In this document: positions 53,405-62,536 of the stretch, piece by piece
Layout of the letters: the number at the start of each line of letters is the position of its first letter
How positions within the stretch are numbered: position 1 is the first letter of the stretch
Assembly (NCBI GenBank): GCA_021776115.1
Contig: JAJFGN010000068.1
Coordinates: 665-64,664, forward strand
DNA: 64,000 nucleotides
Direction: 5' to 3'
Origin: Kiloniellaceae bacterium
GTDB lineage: Bacteria > Pseudomonadota > Alphaproteobacteria > Kiloniellales > J153
Made by a program: the position numbers and the translations under genes
The notes under the pieces: generated by a model
What the model was told of the DNA's origin: nothing
Seen by the model: the letters and a program-made list of their open reading frames with translations, nothing else
The model's database searches: none

Positions 53405-54859
53405 TTGAGCGCGGCCGTCAACCCATCGGTCCTGGCCGGGTACGATCCGGGGCCGCACTATTGCGAAATGCTGGGCCTACCCGGCCATTTGTCGGGCCAC
53501 GCAGCGCCAATCCGCGACCGGCTATCCCATCTGACCTTCGAGGCGTTGCAACAGCGCACGCAAGCGGCGGAGCGCGAGCTCTATAACCTGGGTATCACCT
53601 TCACGCTTTACTCCGGCGCAACTTCGATCGACCGAATCTTGCCCTTCGATGTCATCCCGCGAGTCATCTCGCCCGAAGATTGGCGCATCATCGAGACCGG
53701 CGTGATTCAGCGAATCACCGCGCTCAATCTTTTTCTGCACGATATTTATCACGACCGGAAAATTCTCAAGGACGGTGTCGTGCCGAGCGATCTTGTGCTG
53801 GGCAACTCGGCCTACCGGCCGGAGATGGTGGGCGTCGACGTGCCATTCGGTACCTACATCCATATTTGCGGCACCGACATCGTGCGCGACGAGACCGGTC
53901 GCTTCCTGGTCTTGGAGGATAACGGGCGGACGCCTTCTGGCGTTTCTTACGTGGTCGAAAATAGGCGCATGATGTTGCGCGCATTTCCGGATCTAACGGA
54001 AGGCGTCGCCTTGCGCCCGGTTAGCGACTATGGCCCGCGCTTGCAGGAAGCGATGATGGAGGTCGCACCCCAAGGTAACGACGACCCGGAGGTCGTTTTG
54101 TTGTCGCCGGGGGTCTTTAACTCGGCTTATTTCGAGCACGTGTTCCTCGCGCGCGAGATGGGCGTGCCCTTGGTCGAGGGCCAGGACCTTTTCGTCGGTG
54201 AGGACGACCGGGTCTATATGAAGACGACTGCTGGGCCCGCGCTGGTCGAGGTCATTTACCGGCGCTTGAACGACGACTTTTTGGACCCGGAAGTGTTTCG
54301 GCCGGACAGCCAACTGGGCGTTCCCGGCTTATTGCGCGCCTGCCGGGCGGGTAAGGTCACGCTGGCTAACGCGGTCGGGACCGGGCCAGCCGACGACAAA
54401 GCGGTTTATGCCTATGTTCCCCGGATCATCAAATACTACCTCGGTGGGGAGGCGATCCTGGCGAACGTGGAAACCAACATATGCCGCGAGGACGAGGGCC
54501 TAAAATACACTCTGGACAACCTAGAGAAACTGGTAGTAAAGCCAGTCAATGAGTCGGGCGGCTACGGCATTACCGTCTGCCCGAAGGCAAACAAGTCGCA
54601 AATCGCCGATTGCCGGGAAAAGCTTTTGGCGGACCCTAAGAATTACATTAGCCAGCCTATGATCGACCTTTCCGTCTGCCCAACGCTGATCGGCGACAAG
54701 GTCGAGCCGCGCCACGTCGACTTGCGTCCCTTTATCGTTACCGGGCGGGACTCTTGGGTCTTGCCGGGCGGTCTAACCCGGGTTGCCCTGCCACGCGGGT
54801 CGATCGTGGTGAACTCCTCACAAGGCGGCGGGTCGAAGGATACCTGGGTCCTTGAGTGA
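53405..54859 (+). CDS. Circularly permuted ATP-grasp type 2 protein
   Basis: 484 aa. ITFTLYSGATSIDRILPFDVIPRVISPEDWRIIETGVIQRITALNLFLHDIY is typical of this family. TTG start. Confidence 0.8.
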   Translation: MSAAVNPSVLAGYDPGPHYCEMLGLPGHLSGHAAPIRDRLSHLTFEALQQRTQAAERELYNLGITFTLYSGATSIDRILPFDVIPRVISPEDWRIIETGVIQRITALNLFLHDIYHDRKILKDGVVPSDLVLGNSAYRPEMVGVDVPFGTYIHICGTDIVRDETGRFLVLEDNGRTPSGVSYVVENRRMMLRAFPDLTEGVALRPVSDYGPRLQEAMMEVAPQGNDDPEVVLLSPGVFNSAYFEHVFLAREMGVPLVEGQDLFVGEDDRVYMKTTAGPALVEVIYRRLNDDFLDPEVFRPDSQLGVPGLLRACRAGKVTLANAVGTGPADDKAVYAYVPRIIKYYLGGEAILANVETNICREDEGLKYTLDNLEKLVVKPVNESGGYGITVCPKANKSQIADCREKLLADPKNYISQPMIDLSVCPTLIGDKVEPRHVDLRPFIVTGRDSWVLPGGLTRVALPRGSIVVNSSQGGGSKDTWVLE

Positions 54860-55844
54860 TCTCCTCGCCCGATTCGCGGAATGCGCCTTCTGGCTGGCTC
54901 GCTATCTCGAACGGGCTGAAAACCTGGCCCGCATCATCGACGTCAACGAGTCGTTGGCTCAGGAAAGCCGGCGCGCCGAGGAATGGCTGCCGATCGTCAA
55001 GATCCACACCGATGAGGATGTATTCTTCGCCAAGCACGCGTCCGCGACCGCCGAGGCGGTGATCGATTTTTATATTCTCGATCGCGACAATCCCAATTCG
55101 GTCGCTTCCGCAGTTCACATGGCGCGGGAGAACGCACGCATGTTGCGCCACCTGATCAGCACCGAGATGTGGACCCACATCAATGTCTTTCACAACGAGT
55201 TGCGCGAACTCACGCCCTCAGATCTGCGATTAGGCAAGCTGTCCGCCTTGTGCTTTCAAATAAAGGTGCATTGCCAAACCCACGCCGGGATTACCGAAGG
55301 CACCCTCTATCGCGATCAGGTCTGGTCATTCCACGAACTGGGCAAGTGCATCGAGCGCGCCGATCAGACAACTCGCCTGCTGGATATCAAGTATCATCAT
55401 CTGCTGCCGTCGCCCGAACTGGTTGGCTCGCCGATCGATGCCGGGCAGTGGAACGCCTTATTGCGCTCGGCCGCCGGATATCATGCCTTCCGCCGGGTTC
55501 ACCCGCGCGGCATGAACCCGGCCACCGTCGCCGGCTTCCTGTTGTTCAATCGATATTTTCCGCGCTCGGTCTTTGTGTCGCTCGATCTGGCGTGTGGCCT
55601 GGTTGAGAGATTGGAGGACCGCTTCGCTCTTACCGGGGGCGGTTCCGTGGCGTCATTGAAAAAACTGCGCGGCGGGCTCGAATCGGCCGATATCGCGGAA
55701 GTGATCAAGTGCGGACTGCACGAGTACCTGGATTCCCTCCAACGCCGTATCATTGCGATCACCGATGAGCTTGGCAGCAACTATTTCGGCCACGGTGGAG
55801 GGGCCGTTGGCGCGCGGAAACAGAATCAATGCCAGCCCGCCTGA
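54852..55844 (+). CDS. Alpha-E domain protein
   Basis: LLARFAECAFWLARYLERAENLARIIDVN, the characteristic N-terminus. Overlaps the upstream gene by 8 nt. Confidence 0.75.
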   Translation: MSDLLARFAECAFWLARYLERAENLARIIDVNESLAQESRRAEEWLPIVKIHTDEDVFFAKHASATAEAVIDFYILDRDNPNSVASAVHMARENARMLRHLISTEMWTHINVFHNELRELTPSDLRLGKLSALCFQIKVHCQTHAGITEGTLYRDQVWSFHELGKCIERADQTTRLLDIKYHHLLPSPELVGSPIDAGQWNALLRSAAGYHAFRRVHPRGMNPATVAGFLLFNRYFPRSVFVSLDLACGLVERLEDRFALTGGGSVASLKKLRGGLESADIAEVIKCGLHEYLDSLQRRIIAITDELGSNYFGHGGGAVGARKQNQCQPA

Positions 55845-56734
55845 CCGTCAAACACATAACGACTTATCGCTACAACCGGCCGGTGACTTTTAACGAGCAC
55901 CGGCTGATGCTGCGGCCGCGCGACAGCCACGATCTGCGCCTTGTGTCGACCCGGCTAGTCATTACCCCGGCCGCGCAGGTGCGCTGGATGCACGACGTAT
56001 TCGGCAACTCGATTGCCATCGCGACTTTCAGCGAGGCGGCCGATACCCTGCGATTCGAAAGTACCGTCACCGTGGAGCATTTCGGCGTCGAGGAACCCGA
56101 GTTTCCCATCGAGTCCTATGCCCGCACTGTGCCGTTTAGTTATTCGCAGGACGAAGTTCCTGATTTGGGCCGTACCATCGAGCGCCACTGTCCGGACCCC
56201 AAGCACAAGGTCGATACTTGGGTGCGCCGCTTCCTCTCGCCCGATGGTTGGACCGAGACCGACTCTTTGCTGATCAACATGACCCAGTCGATCAAGCAGA
56301 ACTTCACCTATTGTGCACACGAGGACAAGACCCAGGAGCCGGTCGAGACCCTGGCGCGTATGGCCGGCACCTGCCGCGATTTCGCGCTTCTGCTGATGGA
56401 GGCGGCGCGCAGCCTGGGCATGGCCGCGCGCTTCGTCAGCGGCTATCTCTACGATCCGGCCCTCGACGACGCCGGGCCGGGGATGGTCGGCGCCGGCGCG
56501 ACCCATGCTTGGACTCAAGTCTATCTACCGGGTAGCGGCTGGGTCGAGTTCGATCCCACCAACGGTCTGGTCGGCGGGCGCAATCTAATCCGCGTTGCGG
56601 TTGCCCGCGATCCGTCGCAGGCGATACCGGTGCAAGGCAGTTACGCCGGCACGGCCGGGGATTTCCTAGACATGAACATCGAGGTTGCGGTGACCTCCGA
56701 TCCCACGGACCGAGGCGATGCTGGACTCCGATAG
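55829..56734 (+). CDS. Transglutaminase-family protein (Bact_transglu_N + transglutaminase core)
   Basis: LTVKHITTYRYNRPVTFNEHRLMLRPR, catalytic Cys context GTCRDFALL, and HAWTQVYLPGSGWVEFDPTNG (His/Asp). Confidence 0.85.
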   Translation: MPARLTVKHITTYRYNRPVTFNEHRLMLRPRDSHDLRLVSTRLVITPAAQVRWMHDVFGNSIAIATFSEAADTLRFESTVTVEHFGVEEPEFPIESYARTVPFSYSQDEVPDLGRTIERHCPDPKHKVDTWVRRFLSPDGWTETDSLLINMTQSIKQNFTYCAHEDKTQEPVETLARMAGTCRDFALLLMEAARSLGMAARFVSGYLYDPALDDAGPGMVGAGATHAWTQVYLPGSGWVEFDPTNGLVGGRNLIRVAVARDPSQAIPVQGSYAGTAGDFLDMNIEVAVTSDPTDRGDAGLR

Positions 56735-57281
56735 CCCGGCCCCGATCAGGGACATCCTTGGCTTCTGCTTCGCGGAGGGGCCGTCGTGCAGGTGGTTCGT
56801 CAAGGATCCGGCCTTCGATGCCGAGGTCCGCGCGCGTTTGGCCGATTTGCATGAGATGGCCGCGACGGGCGCTTTCGATCGCTGGCGAGAGACCCCGGCA
56901 GGCTGCCTTGCCTTGTGTATTCTGCTCGATCAGGCGCCGCGCAATCTGTTCCGGGGCGATGCGCGATCCTATGCCAGCGACACCGCAGCACGCGAAGTGA
57001 CCCGGTACGCGCTAGCGCGAGACCTGGACCACGGTCTGGCGCGGGAGCAACGGCTGTTCTTGTACCTGCCGCTCGAGCACAGCGAAAACCTCGCGGACCA
57101 AGAGCTTTCCGTGCAGCTGTTCGCCGGCCTGGACGAGAACCCGGAGTGGCTCGACTATGCCGTGCGGCACCGCGATATCATTGCACGCTTCGGGCGATTT
57201 CCACACCGCAACGCCGTTCTCGGCCGCGCGAGCACGCCGGAAGAAACGGAGTTTCTGACCCAACCTGGGTCATCGTTTTGA
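56718..57281 (+). CDS. DUF924 family protein
   Basis: LCILLDQAPRNLFRGDARSYASD and RFGRFPHRNAVLGRASTPEE. Confidence 0.7.
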   Translation: MLDSDSPAPIRDILGFCFAEGPSCRWFVKDPAFDAEVRARLADLHEMAATGAFDRWRETPAGCLALCILLDQAPRNLFRGDARSYASDTAAREVTRYALARDLDHGLAREQRLFLYLPLEHSENLADQELSVQLFAGLDENPEWLDYAVRHRDIIARFGRFPHRNAVLGRASTPEETEFLTQPGSSF

Positions 57282-57304
57282 GCCCAATCCAGGTGAATCG
57301 CAAG

Positions 57305-58333
57305 ATGGCGTCGTCCTTGCGCATCGCGACCTTCAATCTCGAAAATCTCGACGAGGGGCCAGGTGTTGCCGTGCCGCTGGAGCGGCGAATTGAGATCCTA
57401 CGGCCGCAATTGGAGCGTCTTGAGGCGGATGTGTTGTGCCTGCAGGAGGTCAATGGTCAGCGGCCCCCCGGTGGTGGCCCGCGCCAGCTGATCGCGCTCG
57501 ATCGCGTCCTCGCCGGAACCGTCTACGCGGACTTTCACCGGGCGGCGACGTCGCGGGTATCCGGACCGGAGCCGAAAGCCGGCACGGCGCGCGGTGCGGA
57601 TTCGGTGCACAATCTAGTCATTCTCAGCCGTTATCCGTTCAACGCGGTGCGGGAGTTTCGCCACACCCTTGTCGTCCCGCCGCGTTACCGTCCGGCGACG
57701 GCGCGCCCTGCTGCCAAATCGGCTGAAGCGGTGGCGTGGGACCGGCCGGTTCTTTGCGCGTCCATCGAACTGCCGGGCGGGCGCCGGCTGCACGTCCTCA
57801 ACTTGCATCTGCGCGCATCTTTGGCGGCGCCGGTGCCGGGTCAGAAGGCGGACCCCTTTACCTGGAAAAGCGTGGCGGGTTGGGCTGAGGGATTTTACCT
57901 CGCAACGATGAAGCGCACGGGTCAGGCGGTTGAAGTCCGATTGCTGATCGACACGCTCTTCGACGAAGATCCGGACACGTTCATCGCCGTGTGCGGTGAC
58001 TTCAACGCGGAGGAGCGGCAAACGCCTCTGCGGACCATCCGCGGCGATCCAGACGATACCGGCAATCCCGCGCTGGCCCGGCGCGCCATGATCCCGCTCG
58101 ACGCCACCCTGCCGGACTCCCGGCGTTTCTCCGTCGTCCATGGGGGGCGTCGCGCGATGCTGGACCACGTTCTGGTCTCGCAAGCGCTCTTCGCCCGTTA
58201 CCGGGCGGTCGAGGTTTTCAACGAGGATCTGCCCGACGAATTGGCTGACGTCGGCCCGCAATCCCATCATGCGCCCTTGGCCGCAAGTTTCGACCTTAGC
58301 TTAGGGCAAAAAACCATGGGGTCGGCAACCTAA
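57305..58333 (+). CDS. Endonuclease/exonuclease/phosphatase (EEP) family protein
   Basis: MASSLRIATFNLENL, DVLCLQEV, GDFNAE and MLDHVLVS. Start moved from 56915 to ATG 57305. Confidence 0.7.
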   Translation: MASSLRIATFNLENLDEGPGVAVPLERRIEILRPQLERLEADVLCLQEVNGQRPPGGGPRQLIALDRVLAGTVYADFHRAATSRVSGPEPKAGTARGADSVHNLVILSRYPFNAVREFRHTLVVPPRYRPATARPAAKSAEAVAWDRPVLCASIELPGGRRLHVLNLHLRASLAAPVPGQKADPFTWKSVAGWAEGFYLATMKRTGQAVEVRLLIDTLFDEDPDTFIAVCGDFNAEERQTPLRTIRGDPDDTGNPALARRAMIPLDATLPDSRRFSVVHGGRRAMLDHVLVSQALFARYRAVEVFNEDLPDELADVGPQSHHAPLAASFDLSLGQKTMGSAT

Positions 58334-58389
58334 CGTCGAATTTGTGATGATCACCGCTTTATGCCACCATAGCTTGCAACCGGAACAAG

Positions 58390-58417
58390 TTATCTGGGAA
58401 ATTTTATCTGGGAAATT
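58390..58417. repeat. Perfect tandem duplication TTATCTGGGAAATT x2 in the promoter/leader of the OmpA-family gene
   Basis: 58390-58403 and 58404-58417 are identical 14-mers. They end 26 nt before the ATG at 58444, and a GAGGGGA SD-like element follows. Confidence 0.9.
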
Positions 58418-58443
58418 CCAATATAAATTGAGGGGATATAGGG

Positions 58444-59301
58444 ATGTTCAAGTATGCAAGGGTTATAGTGCCATTGTCCGGCGCGCTGTTACTAAGTGCC
58501 TGTGCCGGCTTCCAACTTGGAGAGGCGCAGAAGGCAACGCCGTCGGGATCGGACTTTAACGCCGCCCTATACAGCGGCTACTTGGAGCTTGCCGATTCCG
58601 AGTTCCGGGAGGCTGACTACCCCGATTCGGATGTGTTCGCGGGCCGCGCGATGCAGGCCGCTTCGAATGAGTCGGTTCAGCCGGAGGCGATTGCGGCGCG
58701 AGACCTGCCGGCGGACAAGGTTGGCGAACTTTCCAGCGCCCGCGAACAGTTGGTCGCGGCGCTTGGCGCCGGTGCGGCCGATCTAAAGCCGGCCGAGGCG
58801 GCGCGCGCCCAGGTCATGTTCGACTGCTGGATGCAGGAGCAGGAGGAGAACAGGCAACCTAAGGACATCGAGAGCTGCCGCGCCGGTTTTAGCACGGCTC
58901 TTGCTCAGATCCAGCAGGCGCCGAAAGTCGCCGCTGCGGCGCCTGCCCCGCAACCGGCGCCTGCACTCCCGGGGCCATACGTCGTTTTCTTCGATTTCGA
59001 TAAGGACGACTTGACCTCGGATGCCAAGTCAGTGCTTGCAAAGGTCGTCAGCGACGCAAAAAAGGCCGACGTCACCATGGTGTTGGCCAGCGGTCATGCC
59101 GACCGCGCGGGGGATCAGGCTTATAACGACAGCCTGGCGAAGCGCCGGGCCGATGCCGTCATGTCCTTCCTTCTCGAAAGCGGGCTTGCGAAGGGTAAGG
59201 TCTTGACCGACGCCTACGGCGAGAACCTGCCTGTCGTTAGTACCGACGACGGTATGCAGGAAGGGCGTAACCGCCGGGTCGAGATCAAGTTCGCGAAATA
59301 A
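58444..59301 (+). CDS. OmpA-family peptidoglycan-binding lipoprotein
   Basis: Lipoprotein signal with lipobox LLLSAC|AG. C-terminal OmpA-like domain (VVFFDFDKDDLTSDA...GHADRAGDQAYNDSLAKRRADAV...NRRVEIKF). Confidence 0.85.
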   Translation: MFKYARVIVPLSGALLLSACAGFQLGEAQKATPSGSDFNAALYSGYLELADSEFREADYPDSDVFAGRAMQAASNESVQPEAIAARDLPADKVGELSSAREQLVAALGAGAADLKPAEAARAQVMFDCWMQEQEENRQPKDIESCRAGFSTALAQIQQAPKVAAAAPAPQPAPALPGPYVVFFDFDKDDLTSDAKSVLAKVVSDAKKADVTMVLASGHADRAGDQAYNDSLAKRRADAVMSFLLESGLAKGKVLTDAYGENLPVVSTDDGMQEGRNRRVEIKFAK

Positions 59302-59314
59302 AACCGACGAAAGA

Positions 59315-59346
59315 TGGCCCCGTCGCCGGTAGGGGTGGCGGGGCCA
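59315..59346. terminator. Stable hairpin between convergent OmpA-family gene and greB (candidate bidirectional terminator)
   Basis: TGGCCCCG (59315-59322) pairs perfectly with CGGGGCCA (59339-59346), and the inner loop can pair further. The U-tract is weak (CTATTCTTC). Confidence 0.4.
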
Positions 59347-59387
59347 CTATTCTTCGCGGCCGGGGCGGCGGTAGGCCCGGGTCGCGG

Positions 59388-59942
59388 TCAAGACCCACCG
59401 TAAGAAATCTTGATGACTTCGATTTGCTCCGGGCCGTTCGGGGTGCGGACTTCCACCGTGTCGCCCACACACGCTTTTAGGAGCGCCCGCGCGATGGGGG
59501 AAATCCAACTCACCGCGCCGGGTTCGCCGCGTGTTTCGTCGACACCTACGATGCGCAGAGTGCATTCCGTGTCATGCATATCGGCATAGGTAACGGTGGC
59601 GCCAAAGAACACCTGATCGTGCTTGGTTTGCCGTGCCGGATCCACGACATGGGCGACCTCCAGGCGCTGCCGCAGGAAGCGTACACGCCGGTCGATCTCA
59701 CGCAGCCGCTTCTTGCCGTAGATATAGTCGCCATTCTCCGAGCGATCGCCGTTTCCCGCCGCCCAAGAGACGGTTTCAACCACCTTGGGGCGTTCAACCG
59801 TCCACAAGTGTTGAAGTTCGTCTTGAAGCCGCGCGAGGCCCCGGGGTGTGATGTAGTTCTTCATACCCGCCGGCAGAGAATCGGGCGCCTCGGGCTCGTC
59901 TTCTAACTCGCCGTCCGTTTCCTTGGTGAAAGCTTTACTCAT
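59388..59942 (-). CDS. greB: Transcription elongation factor GreB
   Basis: NYITPRGLARLQDELQHLW, WAAGNGDRSENGDYIYGKKRLREIDRRVRFL and VSWISPIARALL. Start moved from 60197 to ATG 59942 (MSKAFTKE). Confidence 0.85.
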   Translation of the reverse strand: MSKAFTKETDGELEDEPEAPDSLPAGMKNYITPRGLARLQDELQHLWTVERPKVVETVSWAAGNGDRSENGDYIYGKKRLREIDRRVRFLRQRLEVAHVVDPARQTKHDQVFFGATVTYADMHDTECTLRIVGVDETRGEPGAVSWISPIARALLKACVGDTVEVRTPNGPEQIEVIKISYGGS

Positions 59943-59976
59943 CGCAGTCTCAAATGCTGCCGTCGCAGACGGCCTT

Positions 59977-62523
59977 TTAAGTTGCCGGATCGGGGGTCGT
60001 ATCTGTGTTCCCCTGAGGCTGAGCCGACGGCTCGGTACCGGCGGCCGCCATGCGTTGGCGCTGGGCTTGGTCCAAGCCGCTAGCGCTGCGAATATGCAGG
60101 TCGCGCTGTGGGAAGGGGATCTCAATATTCGCATCGCGGAAGGCACGCTCGATCGCCAAGCATAGATCGCTGACCACGGTAATACGTGCCGTGACATTGC
60201 CGATATAGCCGCGCGCCTCTAGGTCGAGCGAAGATTCTCCGAACCGGCGAAACAGGACATAGGGCTCTGGCCAAGGCAGGATCTGCTCGTGGTCCTGCAG
60301 GCATTTCTTCAGGACAGCAATGGCCTGCTCGACGTCTGAGCCATAGGCGACACCGATCGGGATTTCAACGCGGCCATAACGGTCCTTGTGCGTCCAGTTG
60401 GTTACGGCGCCGGTGATCAATTCGCTGTTGGGCACGATGATCGACGCGCGTTGGAACGTCTCGATCTCGGTCGCGCGCACATTTATCCGCTTCACCGTTC
60501 CCTCGTGACCGCCGGCCACGATCCAATCGCCGACCTTTATGGGCCGTTCGATCAGTAAGATCAGGCCGGAGACGAAGTTGTTTATGATCGCCTGAAGCCC
60601 AAAACCGATGCCGACCGAGAGCGCGCCCGCGATCAGGGCGATGTTGGAAAGGTCGAGACCGATCGCCGATATGGCAAGCATCACGGCGACCGCCAGGCCG
60701 ACGTATCCGAACCCGGAAGACAGGGAGTTTTGAACCCCGACATCCAGGTTCGTTTGAGGAAAGACATGGTCTGTCAGGGCGCGCTGTGCCGCGCGGGTCG
60801 CGGTCATGGCGGCGACGAAGACAAAGACGGCGACGACGATGTCGGTGAGAGAGATCGTGACGTTGCCGATCGTGAATTCCTGCAAGACGCCCCGCGACCA
60901 GGCGTAGATGTCTTCACCCGGCACGCCCCAGACGATGAGCAGGACCACCGCGCCGCCAAGCTTGATCGAGATGTCCAGCAACGCGCGCAGCCAGAACTTG
61001 TAGCGCTGCCGTGTCTTGTGCGGGATGGCTAGCTGGGCCTGCAGGACCCGCGAGCGCAGCGCGGCGCCGATCAGCTCTCGTATCAGGCCGCGGACCAAGA
61101 ACAGAATACCGATCGCCATGCCGCTGATGACCAAGTTTTCGATGACATAGCGGCTAAGATTGGCGTAACCAACTACTGCACTTGCGACCGCGGCGAGCGC
61201 AAGCAGGCCGATGACCCGGCGCAACGCTGGCCAGAAGCGCCAACGCCGCGCCCGTTCCGGTTCGCCGACTTCGGCAGCGATTGTGTCGGTGGTGCGTGAG
61301 TCATCTGGCTCCCAGGCCCACAACCGGCCTTGGGTGAGGAGCAGGATACCGGCCACCTCAAACGCGCTCGCGACTAGCGTGTAAAGCGAGTTCAACTGGT
61401 CCGTGAGGTCCATCTGACGCGTCGTGACAACGAGAAATATGTCGACCGCGAACACAGCCGCCAGATAGGTAATCCGCCGGCTTATGATCCGGGCGTGCCT
61501 CGCGGAGAAGGGAATCAGGCGCCATGCCGGAAGGTCGGGCGCCAGCACGGCCCGGGGCAGGGCCCATGCCAGTATGACCATGATGGCCACGGCGCAGGCC
61601 GCTATCGCCATCTGGGCGAAGAGCCCGCTTATAAGGCTGGTATCCGCGTTGACCCGCCAAATGATCACCGCCAAAATGAAGGACGGCACGATACCGTGGG
61701 CTAGACCCTCCGCGATGGCGCCGGTCAGACGGCGCATATAGGTCGGGTGCTGGATTTCCGGGTCGCGGCCAAAGAAGCGCAACAACGCCCGGCGCAGGAG
61801 CCATGCCAGGATGAGCGCGGGCAGCAGGAACAAGGCAATGCGAGAGACGAATCTTTGTTGGTCGTCCTCGGTCAGCGCTTGCCACCACTCGGCCGGCGCC
61901 GTGGTCATTGTGGCCAATAACCGGAAGAACTCAGGTACCGCTTCGGCGATCGTGCTAGGCGCCACCGGCAAGGGAAACGCCTTGATCAGAAGTCGGATCG
62001 AGCGTGACAAGGCCAATTCGTTAATCTGCACCGTCAGGTCCTTAACCCGGGTCGAGGTCAGGTCGGCCTGTTTGATGCGCGCTTCGTAATCGGCGATATC
62101 TTCCACGATTTTCGTACGCTGCGCCGTGATCTCGGGCGCCTCAGGTTGCGTATCTTCGGCCGGGGCGGGGCCCAGCGCTTCGAGCTGAACCCTCAAAGGA
62201 TCGAGAGCGCTTCGCGCGTTCTGGCGAATCTCCTCCGCTTCCGTGTCGATGTCGGCGAGCGATCCTTTCAGCGTGTTGGCGCGCGCCGGGCTGATTTCCC
62301 CCCTGTCGATCTCCTGCGCGATGGCGTCGAAGGCCCGGTTCCACTGCTCGACCACGGCACTGAATGGCCGTTGCGGCTTCGGAATCTGGGCCGCCGCATC
62401 GGGAAGATAGAAGAGCAGACTCAGCAGGCAAAAAAAGCCGGCGGCAAGATAACGTGGCAAGGCGAAAATCCCGCGAAGGTCGATCGGTCGCGGTACTCTA
62501 GCACGCCCGAGCCGCTTCGACAC
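59977..62523 (-). CDS. Large mechanosensitive channel, MscK/KefA-like (MscS family)
   Basis: 848 aa. N-terminal coiled region, multiple TM segments and an MscS core (GALSVGIGFGLQAIINNFVSGLILLIERPIKVGDWI...VRATEIETF). Confidence 0.85.
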   Translation of the reverse strand: MSKRLGRARVPRPIDLRGIFALPRYLAAGFFCLLSLLFYLPDAAAQIPKPQRPFSAVVEQWNRAFDAIAQEIDRGEISPARANTLKGSLADIDTEAEEIRQNARSALDPLRVQLEALGPAPAEDTQPEAPEITAQRTKIVEDIADYEARIKQADLTSTRVKDLTVQINELALSRSIRLLIKAFPLPVAPSTIAEAVPEFFRLLATMTTAPAEWWQALTEDDQQRFVSRIALFLLPALILAWLLRRALLRFFGRDPEIQHPTYMRRLTGAIAEGLAHGIVPSFILAVIIWRVNADTSLISGLFAQMAIAACAVAIMVILAWALPRAVLAPDLPAWRLIPFSARHARIISRRITYLAAVFAVDIFLVVTTRQMDLTDQLNSLYTLVASAFEVAGILLLTQGRLWAWEPDDSRTTDTIAAEVGEPERARRWRFWPALRRVIGLLALAAVASAVVGYANLSRYVIENLVISGMAIGILFLVRGLIRELIGAALRSRVLQAQLAIPHKTRQRYKFWLRALLDISIKLGGAVVLLIVWGVPGEDIYAWSRGVLQEFTIGNVTISLTDIVVAVFVFVAAMTATRAAQRALTDHVFPQTNLDVGVQNSLSSGFGYVGLAVAVMLAISAIGLDLSNIALIAGALSVGIGFGLQAIINNFVSGLILLIERPIKVGDWIVAGGHEGTVKRINVRATEIETFQRASIIVPNSELITGAVTNWTHKDRYGRVEIPIGVAYGSDVEQAIAVLKKCLQDHEQILPWPEPYVLFRRFGESSLDLEARGYIGNVTARITVVSDLCLAIERAFRDANIEIPFPQRDLHIRSASGLDQAQRQRMAAAGTEPSAQPQGNTDTTPDPAT

Positions 62524-62536
62524 GGGGGCGGGATAT

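Noticed and set aside
59367-59374. E. coli-type ops core GGCGGTAG. It occurs on the plus strand at 59367-59374, on the minus strand at 13512-13519 (overlapping the gmhA-like stop codon), and once more inside a CDS near 38838. I considered these as recruitment sites for the NusG paralog.
   Set aside because: An 8-mer is expected by chance a few times in 128 kb of high-GC sequence on both strands. None of the hits is in an operon leader, and the downstream bases do not fit the full ops consensus. The recruitment motif of non-enterobacterial NusG paralogs need not resemble ops.
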